A stretch of 64,000 nt of DNA from Candidatus Terrybacteria bacterium RIFCSPHIGHO2_01_FULL_48_17 (GTDB taxonomy: Bacteria; Patescibacteriota; Minisyncoccia; Terrybacterales; 2-01-FULL-58-14). Made by a program: the position numbers and the translations under genes. Shown here in pieces: positions 9,952-19,774 of the stretch. How positions within the stretch are numbered: position 1 is the stretch's first letter; each line of letters opens with the position of its first letter. The notes under the pieces were generated by a model that worked only from the letters and a program-made list of their open reading frames with translations, was not told where the DNA came from and did no database searches. The stretch covers positions 10,321 through 74,320 of the forward strand of contig MHSS01000013.1 in NCBI GenBank assembly GCA_001822835.1, read 5' to 3'.

Positions 9952-10191
9952 TTACCTCGTGGTGTAAGGCAACAATGCCAAAAATCGTGCCCGCTTAATT
10001 GATCGTGCAAGCCGGCGTTGGTGTGTAGCGCACACGCCCGTTTTACGTGGCGGTAAAACTTTTGCTTGCGCCGATATGAATTTACGCAGAGACGGTATAT
10101 CTTTGTAGTCAATGTCTACTACGTTTTGGGTACAGAAAAAACAGTTTGCTGCAGGCAGGCGTTTTTGTCGTCTAGTAGGTTTTGGAGGCAT
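9952..10191 (-). CDS. rpsR: 30S ribosomal protein S18
   Basis: CFFC...IDYKD...TGVCATHQRRLARSIKRARFLALLPY; rpsF-ssb-rpsR order. Confidence 0.96.
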   Translation of the reverse strand: MPPKPTRRQKRLPAANCFFCTQNVVDIDYKDIPSLRKFISAQAKVLPPRKTGVCATHQRRLARSIKRARFLALLPYTTR

Positions 10192-10199
10192 AGCTATGA

Positions 10200-10306
10200 A
10201 AATCCCAATGCCAAATGAAATTTCAAGTTCCAATATCAAAAACCGAACGCGCGAACCTTGGACATTATGTCATTGGGCATTTATTTGGCATTTGAGCTTG
10301 GGCATT
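10200..10306. repeat. heptamer-periodic inverted-repeat element
   Basis: AAATCCC AATGCCA AATG... / ...TTTGGCA TTTGAGC TTGGGCATT; related to 4843-4950 and 33806-33917. Confidence 0.7.
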
Positions 10307-10322
10307 CCGCGTGTAGCGCGGC

Positions 10323-10802
10323 CTAGAATGGTATATCTTTAGGATCAATATCGTCAGGGGGCTTTTCATCCTCAAATGTCATCGGTGCTCCTTCTTCAAT
10401 AACGGGAATTTCCTCCTCTTTTTTCGTTTCCTCTGTTTTCGGCTCTGTGCCTTGTGCCTTGTATGCTGCTCCCTGGCCTTTTGGTCCAAGCTGCAAGCGT
10501 TCCGCCACAATTTCAGTTCGCCATCGTTTCTGGCCGTCTTGTCCTTCCCACGAGCGCGTCTGCAGCCGCCCTTCGATGAGCACGAGATTTCCTTTTTTGA
10601 GGTATTCGCGCGCAATCTCTGCGAGCCGTCCCCAGCATACCACGGTATGAAATTCGGCCTGTTGTTGTTTTTGTCCTGCTTTATCCATAAAAATGCGATT
10701 GGTTGCCATCCGGAAATTCGCAACTGGCTGTCCGCCTTGCGTCATGCGTGCTTCAACATCTATTGCGACGTTACCCAGGAGAAAGACTTTGTTTAAATTC
10801 AT
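10323..10802 (-). CDS. ssb: single-stranded DNA-binding protein
   Basis: MNLNKVFLLGN...EGRLQTRSW...DIPF. Confidence 0.97.
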   Translation of the reverse strand: MNLNKVFLLGNVAIDVEARMTQGGQPVANFRMATNRIFMDKAGQKQQQAEFHTVVCWGRLAEIAREYLKKGNLVLIEGRLQTRSWEGQDGQKRWRTEIVAERLQLGPKGQGAAYKAQGTEPKTEETKKEEEIPVIEEGAPMTFEDEKPPDDIDPKDIPF

Positions 10803-10813
10803 AATATGTATGA

Positions 10814-11254
10814 TTATGATTGAATGGATTCGGTAGCAGCCACCGCTTCGTCTATCTTTTTATCTATTTCGCCTGGTGGCGCGGACTGCTCTTCCGGTGG
10901 GCTCGGCGGTTTTGGCGTCTGCGGCTGTATCGCGACGCGCGGTTTGGTCTCGCGTTGTTCTTCAATAATAAGCATGCGCAAAAGAACCTGATCGTGTTTC
11001 ATCCCCTCGCGGATTTTTTCTGGAGCGGTGCTTGGGCCTGTAAAAATCAACCATCCAAAAAACGCTTGTTTGTGGTGTTTGACGGGATACGAGAGAATAT
11101 GTCGTTTGGGATCTGGCATTTCGCGTATTGAGCCCTCTGCGGAACCCACCAGTGCGGAAAGCTTTTCCAACCATGTTCGTACTTCCCCTTCAGGGGTTTG
11201 GGGGCTTAAGAGATACGCCATTTCATATCCTTTGAGTTGTTTTTCGTCTTCCAT
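10814..11254 (-). CDS. rpsF: 30S ribosomal protein S6
   Basis: YEMAYLLSP...LSYPVK...VLLRMLII; upstream of ssb. Confidence 0.9.
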   Translation of the reverse strand: MEDEKQLKGYEMAYLLSPQTPEGEVRTWLEKLSALVGSAEGSIREMPDPKRHILSYPVKHHKQAFFGWLIFTGPSTAPEKIREGMKHDQVLLRMLIIEEQRETKPRVAIQPQTPKPPSPPEEQSAPPGEIDKKIDEAVAATESIQS

Positions 11255-11261
11255 AATCGTT

Positions 11262-12284
11262 TTATATACGAAAAGTCAGGACATCGCCATCTTGCACAGT
11301 ATACTCGCGTCCCTGTGTTTCGACAAGCCCCTTCTCGCGTGCCTGTGTAAATCCTCCCGCGGCAACTAATTGGTGCCACGGCAGCGCATCGCACTTTATG
11401 AATTTTTCGGCAAAATCACTATGCACCATTGCTGCAGCTTCTACGGCCGTGGTACCTGTTTTGCAGAGCCATGATCTAATTTCGTTTCCACCGGCTGCGG
11501 TGAAAAAGGTTATAAGCGAAAGGAGTTTTTTTGCTGCCGCAATAATATCTGGGGCGCAAGATATAAAGCCAAGCTCGCGCAATTCCTCCGGAGAGAGTGA
11601 TTGGGCGTCAAGTTCCGTTTGCGCATCCAGCACACTGGCAGCAATATCTCTTGGCGAGGGTTTTGCGCCATTGAGAACAATTAGCATTGGTTTCGCAGAC
11701 AAGAGGGGAACTTCCTTCAAATAATCTACTACTGATATATTTCCTCTCACGTGTTGTTGCGCAGAGATGCCACGCCCAAATGCCTCGCGCATATCTTTCC
11801 AGACGGCAAGTGCTTGCTGCGCGGTTTTTTCTCCCGACCGGGCCATGGCCTCAAATCGTTGAACCTCCTTCTCTGCGGTTTCAAGATCTTTCATAATAAG
11901 CTCTGTCTCGAGTATAGATAAATCATCTTTTGGCTGGGGACTATCGGCAATATCTTTTGTAACAAAATTGCGGAGTACAACAATAATGACATCGGTTTCT
12001 CTGATATGCGCCAGAAATTGGTTGCCCAACCCCTCGCCTTGGTGCGCGCCTTTCACTAAGCCGGCAATATCTATTACCTCAATAGTTGCTGGGGTGCGTT
12101 TTGCGATACCGAGGATTTCTGCAAGCTTATCGAGACGTTCGTCTAAAATGGCGATCACGGCTCGGTTAGGGTCAATTGTGGTAAAAGGGTAAGGCGCAAT
12201 AGCGACAGATTGTCTAGAGAGCGCCGAAAAAAGCGTTGATTTGCCCGCGTTGGGAAGGCCGACGATACCTAGGGAATAGGGCAT
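11262..12284 (-). CDS. ychF: redox-regulated ATPase YchF (Obg family)
   Basis: GIVGLPNAGKST, YPFTTIDPN, DIAGLVKGAHQGEGLGNQFL, YTVQDGDV. Confidence 0.95.
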   Translation of the reverse strand: MPYSLGIVGLPNAGKSTLFSALSRQSVAIAPYPFTTIDPNRAVIAILDERLDKLAEILGIAKRTPATIEVIDIAGLVKGAHQGEGLGNQFLAHIRETDVIIVVLRNFVTKDIADSPQPKDDLSILETELIMKDLETAEKEVQRFEAMARSGEKTAQQALAVWKDMREAFGRGISAQQHVRGNISVVDYLKEVPLLSAKPMLIVLNGAKPSPRDIAASVLDAQTELDAQSLSPEELRELGFISCAPDIIAAAKKLLSLITFFTAAGGNEIRSWLCKTGTTAVEAAAMVHSDFAEKFIKCDALPWHQLVAAGGFTQAREKGLVETQGREYTVQDGDVLTFRI

Positions 12285-12344
12285 AGGGTACAGGGTTTAG
12301 GGTACAGGGATTAGTTCCATAACGCAACGTGGTAGAATAAAATC

Positions 12345-13103
12345 ATGGAACGCCTCGAACTGGCAAAACAATTGGCGCAGGAAGCCGGGGAAATCGTGCT
12401 CGGATATGCGAAAAAGGGTTTTAGAACAAGCCAAAAAGACGGAGGGTCGCTGGTCACCGAAGCTGACCTTGCCGCGGAAAAGCATATTTTGGCCAAAATC
12501 AAAGAGTATTTTCCAGATGACGGGATCGTTGCAGAAGAGATGGGCGCGCAGGAAGGAAAATCTGATTTTTCGTGGCATATTGATCCCCTAGATGGCACGA
12601 CAAATTTCGCGCACGGCCTTCCTTTATATGGGGTTTCTATAGGAATTACCAAAGGAGTTATCCCATATGCCGGTGCCATTTTCCTGCCGCCGTTTGGCGA
12701 ACTTTATGAGGCCGAACGCGGACGTGGCGCACGATTAAATGGTTCTCTTTTATCAGTTTCGGGAACCGAAGAAACCTCAAGCGGTATTATTGCGCTCGCC
12801 GGGCCTCGTTTTGTCGATTCCGTACGGGACGACGAACTGCCTCTCCAAAAGATTATTTCGCGCATACGGAGAATTCGTGTGTTGGGAAGCATTGTTATGA
12901 ATCTCTGCCTCGTTGCGAAGGGCGCTGCAGATGGAGGTCTTTGCGTGCGGCAAAACTCATGGGATGCTGTTGCGGGCGTGTCGTTAGTTGAGGAAGCAGG
13001 AGGTATTGCGGTTGATTTTCTGGGAGAACCATACACGACAAAAAGTGAGAATTTACTTGTAGGAAACCCAAAGGTTGTCTCTTTTCTGCAAAAGTTAGTA
13101 TGA
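12345..13103 (+). CDS. inositol monophosphatase family protein (SuhB-like)
   Basis: VTEAD, WHIDPLDGTTNFAHG, WDAVAG..LVEEAGG. Confidence 0.93.
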   Translation: MERLELAKQLAQEAGEIVLGYAKKGFRTSQKDGGSLVTEADLAAEKHILAKIKEYFPDDGIVAEEMGAQEGKSDFSWHIDPLDGTTNFAHGLPLYGVSIGITKGVIPYAGAIFLPPFGELYEAERGRGARLNGSLLSVSGTEETSSGIIALAGPRFVDSVRDDELPLQKIISRIRRIRVLGSIVMNLCLVAKGAADGGLCVRQNSWDAVAGVSLVEEAGGIAVDFLGEPYTTKSENLLVGNPKVVSFLQKLV

Positions 13104-14581
13104 AAATAAACCCAACCATATTTCGTGAATACGATATTCGTGGGGTTGCTGGCGAATCTTTTACCTCTCAGGCAATTGCCGAGTATGAACGATGGTACGG
13201 CCCGTTTCCCGGCATCACCATCACTCTTGAGGCCGCAGAATACATCGGTAAAGCCTATGGAACATATATCCGTCGAGAAAAAGGCAAACGCGTGATCGTG
13301 GGAAGGGAAATTAGACCTTTTGCAAAAGAGCTTACCGAGAGTTTTGTAAAAGGAGTTTTGAGTACGGGATGCGACGTTTATGACGCCGATGAAGTACTTA
13401 CGCCGCTTGTTTATTTCGCCGTTGCTTTTTTTGGTTTTGATGGTGGCGTCAATGTTACCGGGAGCCACAATGTGTATTTCTACAATGGTTTCAAAATGAT
13501 GTCCCGAAATGTCCGTCCTATTTTTGGCGAAAAACTGCAAACCTTGCGGCAAATGGTAGAAAATGAAGATTTTGAAAAGGGAAATGGAACGTATGCTATA
13601 CAAGAAATCTATCCAGCATACGAGAAATATATCCTTGCGCAGGTTAAATTGGCGAGGTCGTTGAAAATCGTTATGGATTGTGGCAACGGAAGTAGCGGTC
13701 CTTTCGCGCCGCAATTGTTTAAAAAACTTGGATGTAAGGTAACGGGCATGTATACGGAACCGGACGCAACATTTCCAAACCATATTCCCGATCCGGAAAT
13801 GCCAAATACGCTCGTGGAACTCCAAAAGCGGGTTGTGAGAGAGCGAGCAGATTTAGGAGTGGCGTTTGATGCAGATGGCGACCGCGTTGGTTTTGTAGAT
13901 GAAAAAGGGGCGTTCATTGACGCAGATAAGTTCATCCTTATTTTGGCGCGCGATATTTTACAACGTCATCCCGGTAAAAAGATTTTATATGACGTGAAGT
14001 GCTCGCGATTGCTGCAGGAACTTATTCCGCTGTATGGGGGGGTGCCTTTTATGCATAAAACCGGCCATGGCCCCATAAAGGATACGCTTCATGCCGATTC
14101 TGATATTATTCTTGCCGGAGAAGTTTCGGGGCACCTTTATTTTGTGGAGGATTGGTTTCGTTTCGATGACGCCCTTTTTGGCGCCGCACAGATCTTAAAA
14201 CTTGTGGCCGCGCACGCCAGGCCATTTTCTTCGTTTTTCGAAGAAATACCGGTGACGGTACGTACCCCGGAACTGAAACTTCCCTGTGCTGATGAGAAGA
14301 AGTTTCAGGTAGTCGATACCATTTCCGACTTCTTCAGCTCGAGATACAAAACCATAACCATCGATGGGGTTCGTGTTTTGTTTGATGAGAAAAGCTGGGG
14401 CTTGATTCGTGCTTCAAACACCTCCGGTTATTTAACGATCCGCATTGAAGCAGATACAAAAGAGCGGCTGCTTGAAATTAAAAATATCTTTGCCGATAAA
14501 CTTGAAGAGTTTTCTGAAATTAGAGATAAGCTTAATAGACACGAAGTTTCCTCATTTACGGGCCGTCTTGGATGGGTTTGA
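13100..14581 (+). CDS. phosphomannomutase/phosphoglucomutase
   Basis: IFREYDIRG, TGSHN, FDADGDR, GEVSGH, IRASNT. Confidence 0.95.
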   Translation: MKINPTIFREYDIRGVAGESFTSQAIAEYERWYGPFPGITITLEAAEYIGKAYGTYIRREKGKRVIVGREIRPFAKELTESFVKGVLSTGCDVYDADEVLTPLVYFAVAFFGFDGGVNVTGSHNVYFYNGFKMMSRNVRPIFGEKLQTLRQMVENEDFEKGNGTYAIQEIYPAYEKYILAQVKLARSLKIVMDCGNGSSGPFAPQLFKKLGCKVTGMYTEPDATFPNHIPDPEMPNTLVELQKRVVRERADLGVAFDADGDRVGFVDEKGAFIDADKFILILARDILQRHPGKKILYDVKCSRLLQELIPLYGGVPFMHKTGHGPIKDTLHADSDIILAGEVSGHLYFVEDWFRFDDALFGAAQILKLVAAHARPFSSFFEEIPVTVRTPELKLPCADEKKFQVVDTISDFFSSRYKTITIDGVRVLFDEKSWGLIRASNTSGYLTIRIEADTKERLLEIKNIFADKLEEFSEIRDKLNRHEVSSFTGRLGWV

Positions 14582-14633
14582 CGTTTCTTGGTATGGGAAG
14601 CAGGACGCCCCATAATTGTGGGGCGTTTATGTT

Positions 14634-15479
14634 TTATAGTTCTGGTTCAACTTGTATTGTTGCATCAGCCCGGAGTTTTTCTTCCAATGCCTTGCGCACC
14701 GTTTGTACGATTGGGTATGCGTTTTCAATGGTCGTGTGGGCTTTTACCCGAATGTGAAGGTCAATAAAAGGATCTTCGGCGGTTCCGCGGCTTCGAATAT
14801 GGTGGCATTCGATTACTCCGGGAATTTTTTCGACAACCGTTCGGATTTCTTGCTCGTCAAATACTTTTGCATCAATGAGTATTTGAATATTCTCCCAAAT
14901 GAGCTCGCGGACGGCAATAAAGATGATAAGCCCGGCAATCGCAAGTGCGGCAAGTGGGTCCAGAACCGATACTCCTATTTTGAGTGCGCCGTAACCTACT
15001 AAGACGGCCCCTCCGGCAAAAAGGTCGCTTACTGTGTGCGTCGCATCTGCCTTAAGCAATCGTGATTGCCAACGTTTCCCAAGGAAACGCTCGATACTGG
15101 CAATGAGGGCATTTAAAACGAGCGTTCCTACAAGTAGCCAGAAGGCGATGGGAGAGAACACAACGGCGCTTCCCGATATAAGTTTTTCAATGCCTTGCTG
15201 TGCCACCACCACTCCACCAGCGAAAACCATAAGGCCGATGATCACTACGGCGAGTGGCTCAAAACGTTTATGTCCGTACGGATGTGCTTCGTGTGCGGGA
15301 CGAGCTGCGAGCCAAATACCGAAAATTGCGACGATATTCGCCCCACTATCAGAGAACGCATGAATCGCATCGGCCAGAATACTTGAACTTCCGGTAAGCA
15401 CATGAAGCACGATTCGCGTGATTGCAACACTAAGGTTTAAAGCAAGGATAATACCAAGCGCGGTAATCTGTCGCTTCAT
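14634..15479 (-). CDS. cation diffusion facilitator (CDF) family transporter
   Basis: ADAIHAFSD, HPYGHKRFE, ADATHTVSD, C-terminal IRSRG...DLHI. Confidence 0.93.
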   Translation of the reverse strand: MKRQITALGIILALNLSVAITRIVLHVLTGSSSILADAIHAFSDSGANIVAIFGIWLAARPAHEAHPYGHKRFEPLAVVIIGLMVFAGGVVVAQQGIEKLISGSAVVFSPIAFWLLVGTLVLNALIASIERFLGKRWQSRLLKADATHTVSDLFAGGAVLVGYGALKIGVSVLDPLAALAIAGLIIFIAVRELIWENIQILIDAKVFDEQEIRTVVEKIPGVIECHHIRSRGTAEDPFIDLHIRVKAHTTIENAYPIVQTVRKALEEKLRADATIQVEPEL

Positions 15480-15594
15480 TCGTTTTCACCTCGTAAGGTT
15501 CTGTGTATTCAATTATAACCTATTTAGCGTATTTTGGCAACAATTAAAAATTCCCGCCATCCGGGAAGCACGAAAGGGGAAGCCATGGGTTAAG

Positions 15595-16575
15595 TTAGAT
15601 AAGCCCCATTTTCTCTTTTACCTCGTGTAGCGTTTTTTGGGCAATGTTGCGTGCTGCATTGCGACCCGTTTCCAAAACAGCATCAATGTATTCCGGCGTG
15701 TTTTCTAGCCGCTTTCGTTTTTGTTGGAATAAGCTAAGCTCCCTGGCAACTACTTCTCCAAGCTCTTTTTTAAAAATATCATATCCTCGGCTCCTATATT
15801 CACGAACAAGCTCTTTGGCGTCTTTTCCGGAAAAGGCACTAAATATGGTAAGTAAATTCGAAAGCGCCGGTTTTCCGTTAGGATCGTACACAATTTCGGT
15901 TCCTGAATCTGTAACAGCCCGCTTGATTTTTTTGCGGATAAGATCGGGCACATCCGAAAGCGCGATATACGAATCCTCAACATGGGACTTCGACATTTTT
16001 TTTGTCGGTTCCTTCAATGACATAATGCGCGCGCCTTGCTGCGCAAGAATCGCTTTAGGTTCTGGGAATAGGTTTCCAAAACGGGAATTAAAGCGTTTTG
16101 CAATGGTGCGCGTAAGTTCAAGATGTTGAACTTGATCTTCACCAACCGGAACACCCTCGGTTTTGTAAAGTAGGATATCCGCAGCCATAAGCACGGGGTA
16201 TAAAAGCAGCCCCGCGTTAACGCCCTGTTTTGCAAATTGTTGCGCCTTATCTTTATATTGGGTCATGCGCTCAAGTTCGCCGATTTGGGCCACCGTGGTT
16301 AAAAGCCACATAAGTTCCGTATGTTCTGGTATGTGCGACTGCACAAAGAGCGTGCAGCGCTTAGGATCAAGCCCGAGCGCTAAATAATCAAGCGCAATGT
16401 TTTTGGTACGTTGCTGCATCTCTTTCGGTTCATAGGGCTCGGTAATGGCGTGCAAGTCAACGATTAAAAACAAGCACTCGTGCTCTTGTTGCAGTTCAAT
16501 CCATTGTTTAATCGCCCCCAAGTAGTTTCCAATATGGAGGGTACCGGATGGTTGAATGCCGGAGAGGATACGCAT
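15595..16575 (-). CDS. trpS: tryptophan--tRNA ligase
   Basis: SGIQPSGTLHIGNYLGA, YPVLMAADIL, VPVGEDQ, KMSKS. Confidence 0.97.
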   Translation of the reverse strand: MRILSGIQPSGTLHIGNYLGAIKQWIELQQEHECLFLIVDLHAITEPYEPKEMQQRTKNIALDYLALGLDPKRCTLFVQSHIPEHTELMWLLTTVAQIGELERMTQYKDKAQQFAKQGVNAGLLLYPVLMAADILLYKTEGVPVGEDQVQHLELTRTIAKRFNSRFGNLFPEPKAILAQQGARIMSLKEPTKKMSKSHVEDSYIALSDVPDLIRKKIKRAVTDSGTEIVYDPNGKPALSNLLTIFSAFSGKDAKELVREYRSRGYDIFKKELGEVVARELSLFQQKRKRLENTPEYIDAVLETGRNAARNIAQKTLHEVKEKMGLI

Positions 16576-16681
16576 AAAACGAGGGAATAGGAACCAGGGA
16601 ACAGGGAATAGCGGAATTGACTCTTTATTTTGATTCTGTTATCATTCTAGCGAAGTTGTTTGACAAAGGAAAGGAATAGAA

Positions 16682-17128
16682 ATGATTGTTGCGCCTGGTA
16701 TGTTTGCGACTGTTGTTATGTGTGTGGCCGTGTTGGGGTTGGCGTGTTTTTTGATTGGACGCACGAAAGAAAAAGGTTGGGAATTCTTTATCGGCGCTGG
16801 AGCGTTTATACTATTTGGGTTGGTTGTGTTTTCGATAGCTCTCTACGGCGGCATTGCGCGCGATAACGGTTTTGGCAATCCTCAAACCTCTCTTGAGCCG
16901 GGAGTGTATGAGATTTATGGAAAAAGATTGGGAAACGAAGTGCTTTATCTTTTAGCGGCGGAAGTGCGCCCGCAATCTACGACAGAGCCAAATTTCGTAA
17001 AACTTGCCTATAAGGATGTCGAACGATCGCCTACGCAGCCGGGAACTTTCATGGTAGTTAGGGTTACGCGCTGTTTCACAGTAACTGATTGCCTCACAAA
17101 ATTAGATTTTGTTTTTGTAGGAGAATAA
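16682..17128 (+). CDS. hypothetical membrane protein
   Basis: Two N-terminal TM segments; AAGGAAAGGA SD. Confidence 0.65.
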   Translation: MIVAPGMFATVVMCVAVLGLACFLIGRTKEKGWEFFIGAGAFILFGLVVFSIALYGGIARDNGFGNPQTSLEPGVYEIYGKRLGNEVLYLLAAEVRPQSTTEPNFVKLAYKDVERSPTQPGTFMVVRVTRCFTVTDCLTKLDFVFVGE

Positions 17129-17267
17129 ACCAATACACTTTTCCTCGGCGCGAGCCGAGGAATTTCTTTTTTTCTTCCCTCTTTTCTTTCTGCGAGCGAG
17201 ACCGTTTTCTTTCTAAAATGCGATCCCAATCTACGAATAGCATCCGAATGCTCCGAATATTGACGTT

Positions 17268-17423
17268 GCGCAAGTGGCGTGGCTGCGAGCGGGTTACGAG
17301 CGCGGAACGGGCATGGTTCGAGCGGAGTCGCGTTTGACGCGACGGAGCGAGAGAGTGAAGCGCGAGTCCCCGAGCTCGCCACGCTGGGGCGAGCAAGGAA
17401 AGCGAGCAACCATGCCATCGCGC
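17268..17423 (-). repeat. structured 3'-UTR element, copy B
   Basis: Immediately after the RNase J stop; terminal inverted repeat; shares CGCCCCAGCG, TCGCTCC and CTCGRACCATGCCCG with 1772-1926. Confidence 0.65.
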
Positions 17424-17424
17424 C

Positions 17425-19215
17425 TTACACCTCTATAATAACGGGTAAAACCATGGGTCTTCGCTGCGTCTTCTCAAACAAAAACCTGCCCAGCTCCTCT
17501 TTGATGCTCTCTTTGACATGCATCCAATTTGGCTGTTGCTGTGCTCGTTGTGCATGCCCCTCAATATTATTACGTACCAAATCGCGCGCCTCCCGTAGCA
17601 ATTGTTGTGATTCTTTCAGATATACAAATCCCCGCGAAATAACATCCGGGCTTCCTTTTACTTTTCCTGCATGCGTATCAACGACCGCAATAATCACAAA
17701 CATGCCGTCCCCGGCCATTTGTTGCCGATCCCGAAGCACTATTTCTTTCACATCCCCAACGCCAAGGCCGTCTACAAAAACATACTGTGCCGGCGCCTTT
17801 TCCCTCCGTACCTGTATTTTGTCATGGCCCACCTCAATAATTGCGCCATTGAATCCCACAGCTACGTTCTCTCGGGGTATGCCCATGGTTTCTGCAAGCT
17901 CGGCGTGCGTTTTCAGCATTGAATACTGGCCGTGGATGGGTACCAAAAACCTTGGTTTCACCAGCGCAAGCATGAGTTTCAGATCTTCGGCATACGCATG
18001 GCCTGAAGCGTGAATATCCATCATGCGATAGTGGAATACATGGGCTCCTTGCCGCATAACCGCATCTTTTAGATACTGCACTTGCCGTTCGTTTCCCGGA
18101 ACGATTGATGAGGAGAAAATGACCGTATCGTTTGGATGTAGCGTTATAAACCTATGTTCGCGGTTTGCAATGCGCATGAGTACCGCCCGCGCTTCGCCCT
18201 GCGCCCCGGTACAGAAAACCGCAACGCGTTTTGGGTCTATTTTTTCGGCATCCCTAACGTCCACGAGCATTCCTTGAGGAATTTTAAGGTGTCCAAGCGC
18301 GCGTGCTACTTCAACATTTGCTTTCATGCTGTAGCCATCAATAGCAACTTTACGGCCATATTTTTCGGCCAATAAGAATCCTTGTTGTAGCCGCCCGATG
18401 AGCGATGCAAACGTTGCCATGATAACGCGCCCCTCGGCATTTTTAAAAATAGGGTCGAGGTTTTCCATAATGACGGATTCTGAAAGCGAGTAGCCTGGGT
18501 GTTCGGCTCCTGTTGAATCCGACAGCAGGCATAACACACCTCGAGAGCCGATTTCCGCAATTTTTTGCAAGTCCGCCGGCTCATCTCCAACGGGCTTGAA
18601 ATCGAACTTGAAATCGCAGGTATGCACGATGGTGCCGATGGGCGTTTTAATGGCAAGGCCAATGGAATCTGGAATATTATGGTTTACGTGAAAGTGCTCA
18701 ATGATGAATGGGTCCAAACGCATTGGCGTGGGGTCGCCTTTTTTGAGCAGGTGGATTTGGGGTTTTGGTGAGTCGGGGAAATCCTCCTGGCGTTTTAAAA
18801 TCATGCCGCGCGTGAGCGCCGTGGTATAGACCGGCGGGTTGCCTAGATCTCTGAGAAGATAGGGTAGAGCTCCCATGTGGTCGTAGTGGCCGTGGGTGAT
18901 AAAGATGCCGTGGATAGTTTTCTCTTTGCCGCGCAAATACGAGATATTGGGAATGATAAAGTCAATGCCCGGCGTATCTTCTTCCGGAAAACGCAGGCCG
19001 ATATCAATAATAAGGCGGTCATCGCCGTACTCGATAACCATCATGTTGCGGCCGACTTCTTCAAAGCCGCCCAACGGGATAACACGAACGGCTTTTTGGG
19101 TCGGTTTGGGCATTTCCAGACGCTGTTCTTCGGGATAGCGTCTGCGCCTATGCGGCTGCATGTGGCGCGGTTGCCGCGGCGTCCTGCGACGTGCAGATAG
19201 TGGAGATGTCATCAT
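17425..19215 (-). CDS. rnj: ribonuclease J
   Basis: PLGGFEEVGRN, THGHYDHMG, HASGH, PIHG, RRPMVLPVIIEV. Confidence 0.96.
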   Translation of the reverse strand: MMTSPLSARRRTPRQPRHMQPHRRRRYPEEQRLEMPKPTQKAVRVIPLGGFEEVGRNMMVIEYGDDRLIIDIGLRFPEEDTPGIDFIIPNISYLRGKEKTIHGIFITHGHYDHMGALPYLLRDLGNPPVYTTALTRGMILKRQEDFPDSPKPQIHLLKKGDPTPMRLDPFIIEHFHVNHNIPDSIGLAIKTPIGTIVHTCDFKFDFKPVGDEPADLQKIAEIGSRGVLCLLSDSTGAEHPGYSLSESVIMENLDPIFKNAEGRVIMATFASLIGRLQQGFLLAEKYGRKVAIDGYSMKANVEVARALGHLKIPQGMLVDVRDAEKIDPKRVAVFCTGAQGEARAVLMRIANREHRFITLHPNDTVIFSSSIVPGNERQVQYLKDAVMRQGAHVFHYRMMDIHASGHAYAEDLKLMLALVKPRFLVPIHGQYSMLKTHAELAETMGIPRENVAVGFNGAIIEVGHDKIQVRREKAPAQYVFVDGLGVGDVKEIVLRDRQQMAGDGMFVIIAVVDTHAGKVKGSPDVISRGFVYLKESQQLLREARDLVRNNIEGHAQRAQQQPNWMHVKESIKEELGRFLFEKTQRRPMVLPVIIEV

Positions 19216-19296
19216 AATAAAAGATAGGACTATTGTAATTTTTTAGATGTATGATATAAAAGATGTTGTTGTTCTTTGAGAAAGGAAGGTGTTTTG

Positions 19297-19464
19297 ATGG
19301 TGCAATTGCTGCTAAAGTTTTTGCCCAATATCCAAGGTCGAATGGCGTGCCCTATGTGCAATGGCCGTGGGGCTCATGTCATTGGCGGTTTGCTTATTTC
19401 AGAGTGTATGCTTTGCAGGGGGTTGCGTTTTGTTGACGTAAATCCCTCTGCGGAAACCACATAA
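19297..19464 (+). CDS. small zinc-finger protein (DnaJ-type CxxCxGxG)
   Basis: CPMCNGRG...CMLCRG; GAAAGGAAGGT SD; hairpin terminator downstream. Confidence 0.55.
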   Translation: MVQLLLKFLPNIQGRMACPMCNGRGAHVIGGLLISECMLCRGLRFVDVNPSAETT

Positions 19465-19560
19465 TAAAATCCTCGCCTCAGCGCGAGGCGTTTGTTATAG
19501 TTGAAGAGAGAAACAATATTGGTATGGTGTCATTATAGCACGGGTTTCTTTTTTGCACAA

Positions 19561-19644
19561 GCCCGGGTGGCGGAATTGGCAGACGCGCTAGCTTCAGGAG
19601 CTAGTGGGAGCAATCTCGTGGGAGTTCGAATCTCCCCCCGGGCA
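19561..19644 (+). tRNA. tRNA-Leu(CAG)
   Basis: GCCCGGG/CCCGGGC acceptor stem, CTAGC-TTCAGGA-GCTAG anticodon arm, long variable arm, TTCGAAT T-loop. Confidence 0.96.
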
Positions 19645-19652
19645 TATCACTC

Positions 19653-19736
19653 GTTACCGTCGTGGGTTTTCGCGCCTCCATCTATTTTTTCTTTATTGAT
19701 CCCACTGCCAACCCGATGAAAACCCGCGACGGTAAC
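19653..19736. repeat. 19-bp inverted repeat downstream of tRNA-Leu
   Basis: GTTACCGTCGTGGGTTTTC ... GAAAACCCGCGACGGTAAC. Confidence 0.6.
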
Positions 19737-19774
19737 TCGCTTACGGGAGGAAATATATGCCCATAGGTATTAAA

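Noticed and set aside
12704-13825. Long antisense ORF (373 aa) and similar ones (2596-3423, 17279-18013)
   Set aside because: Antisense shadows of well-supported genes, with no domain features
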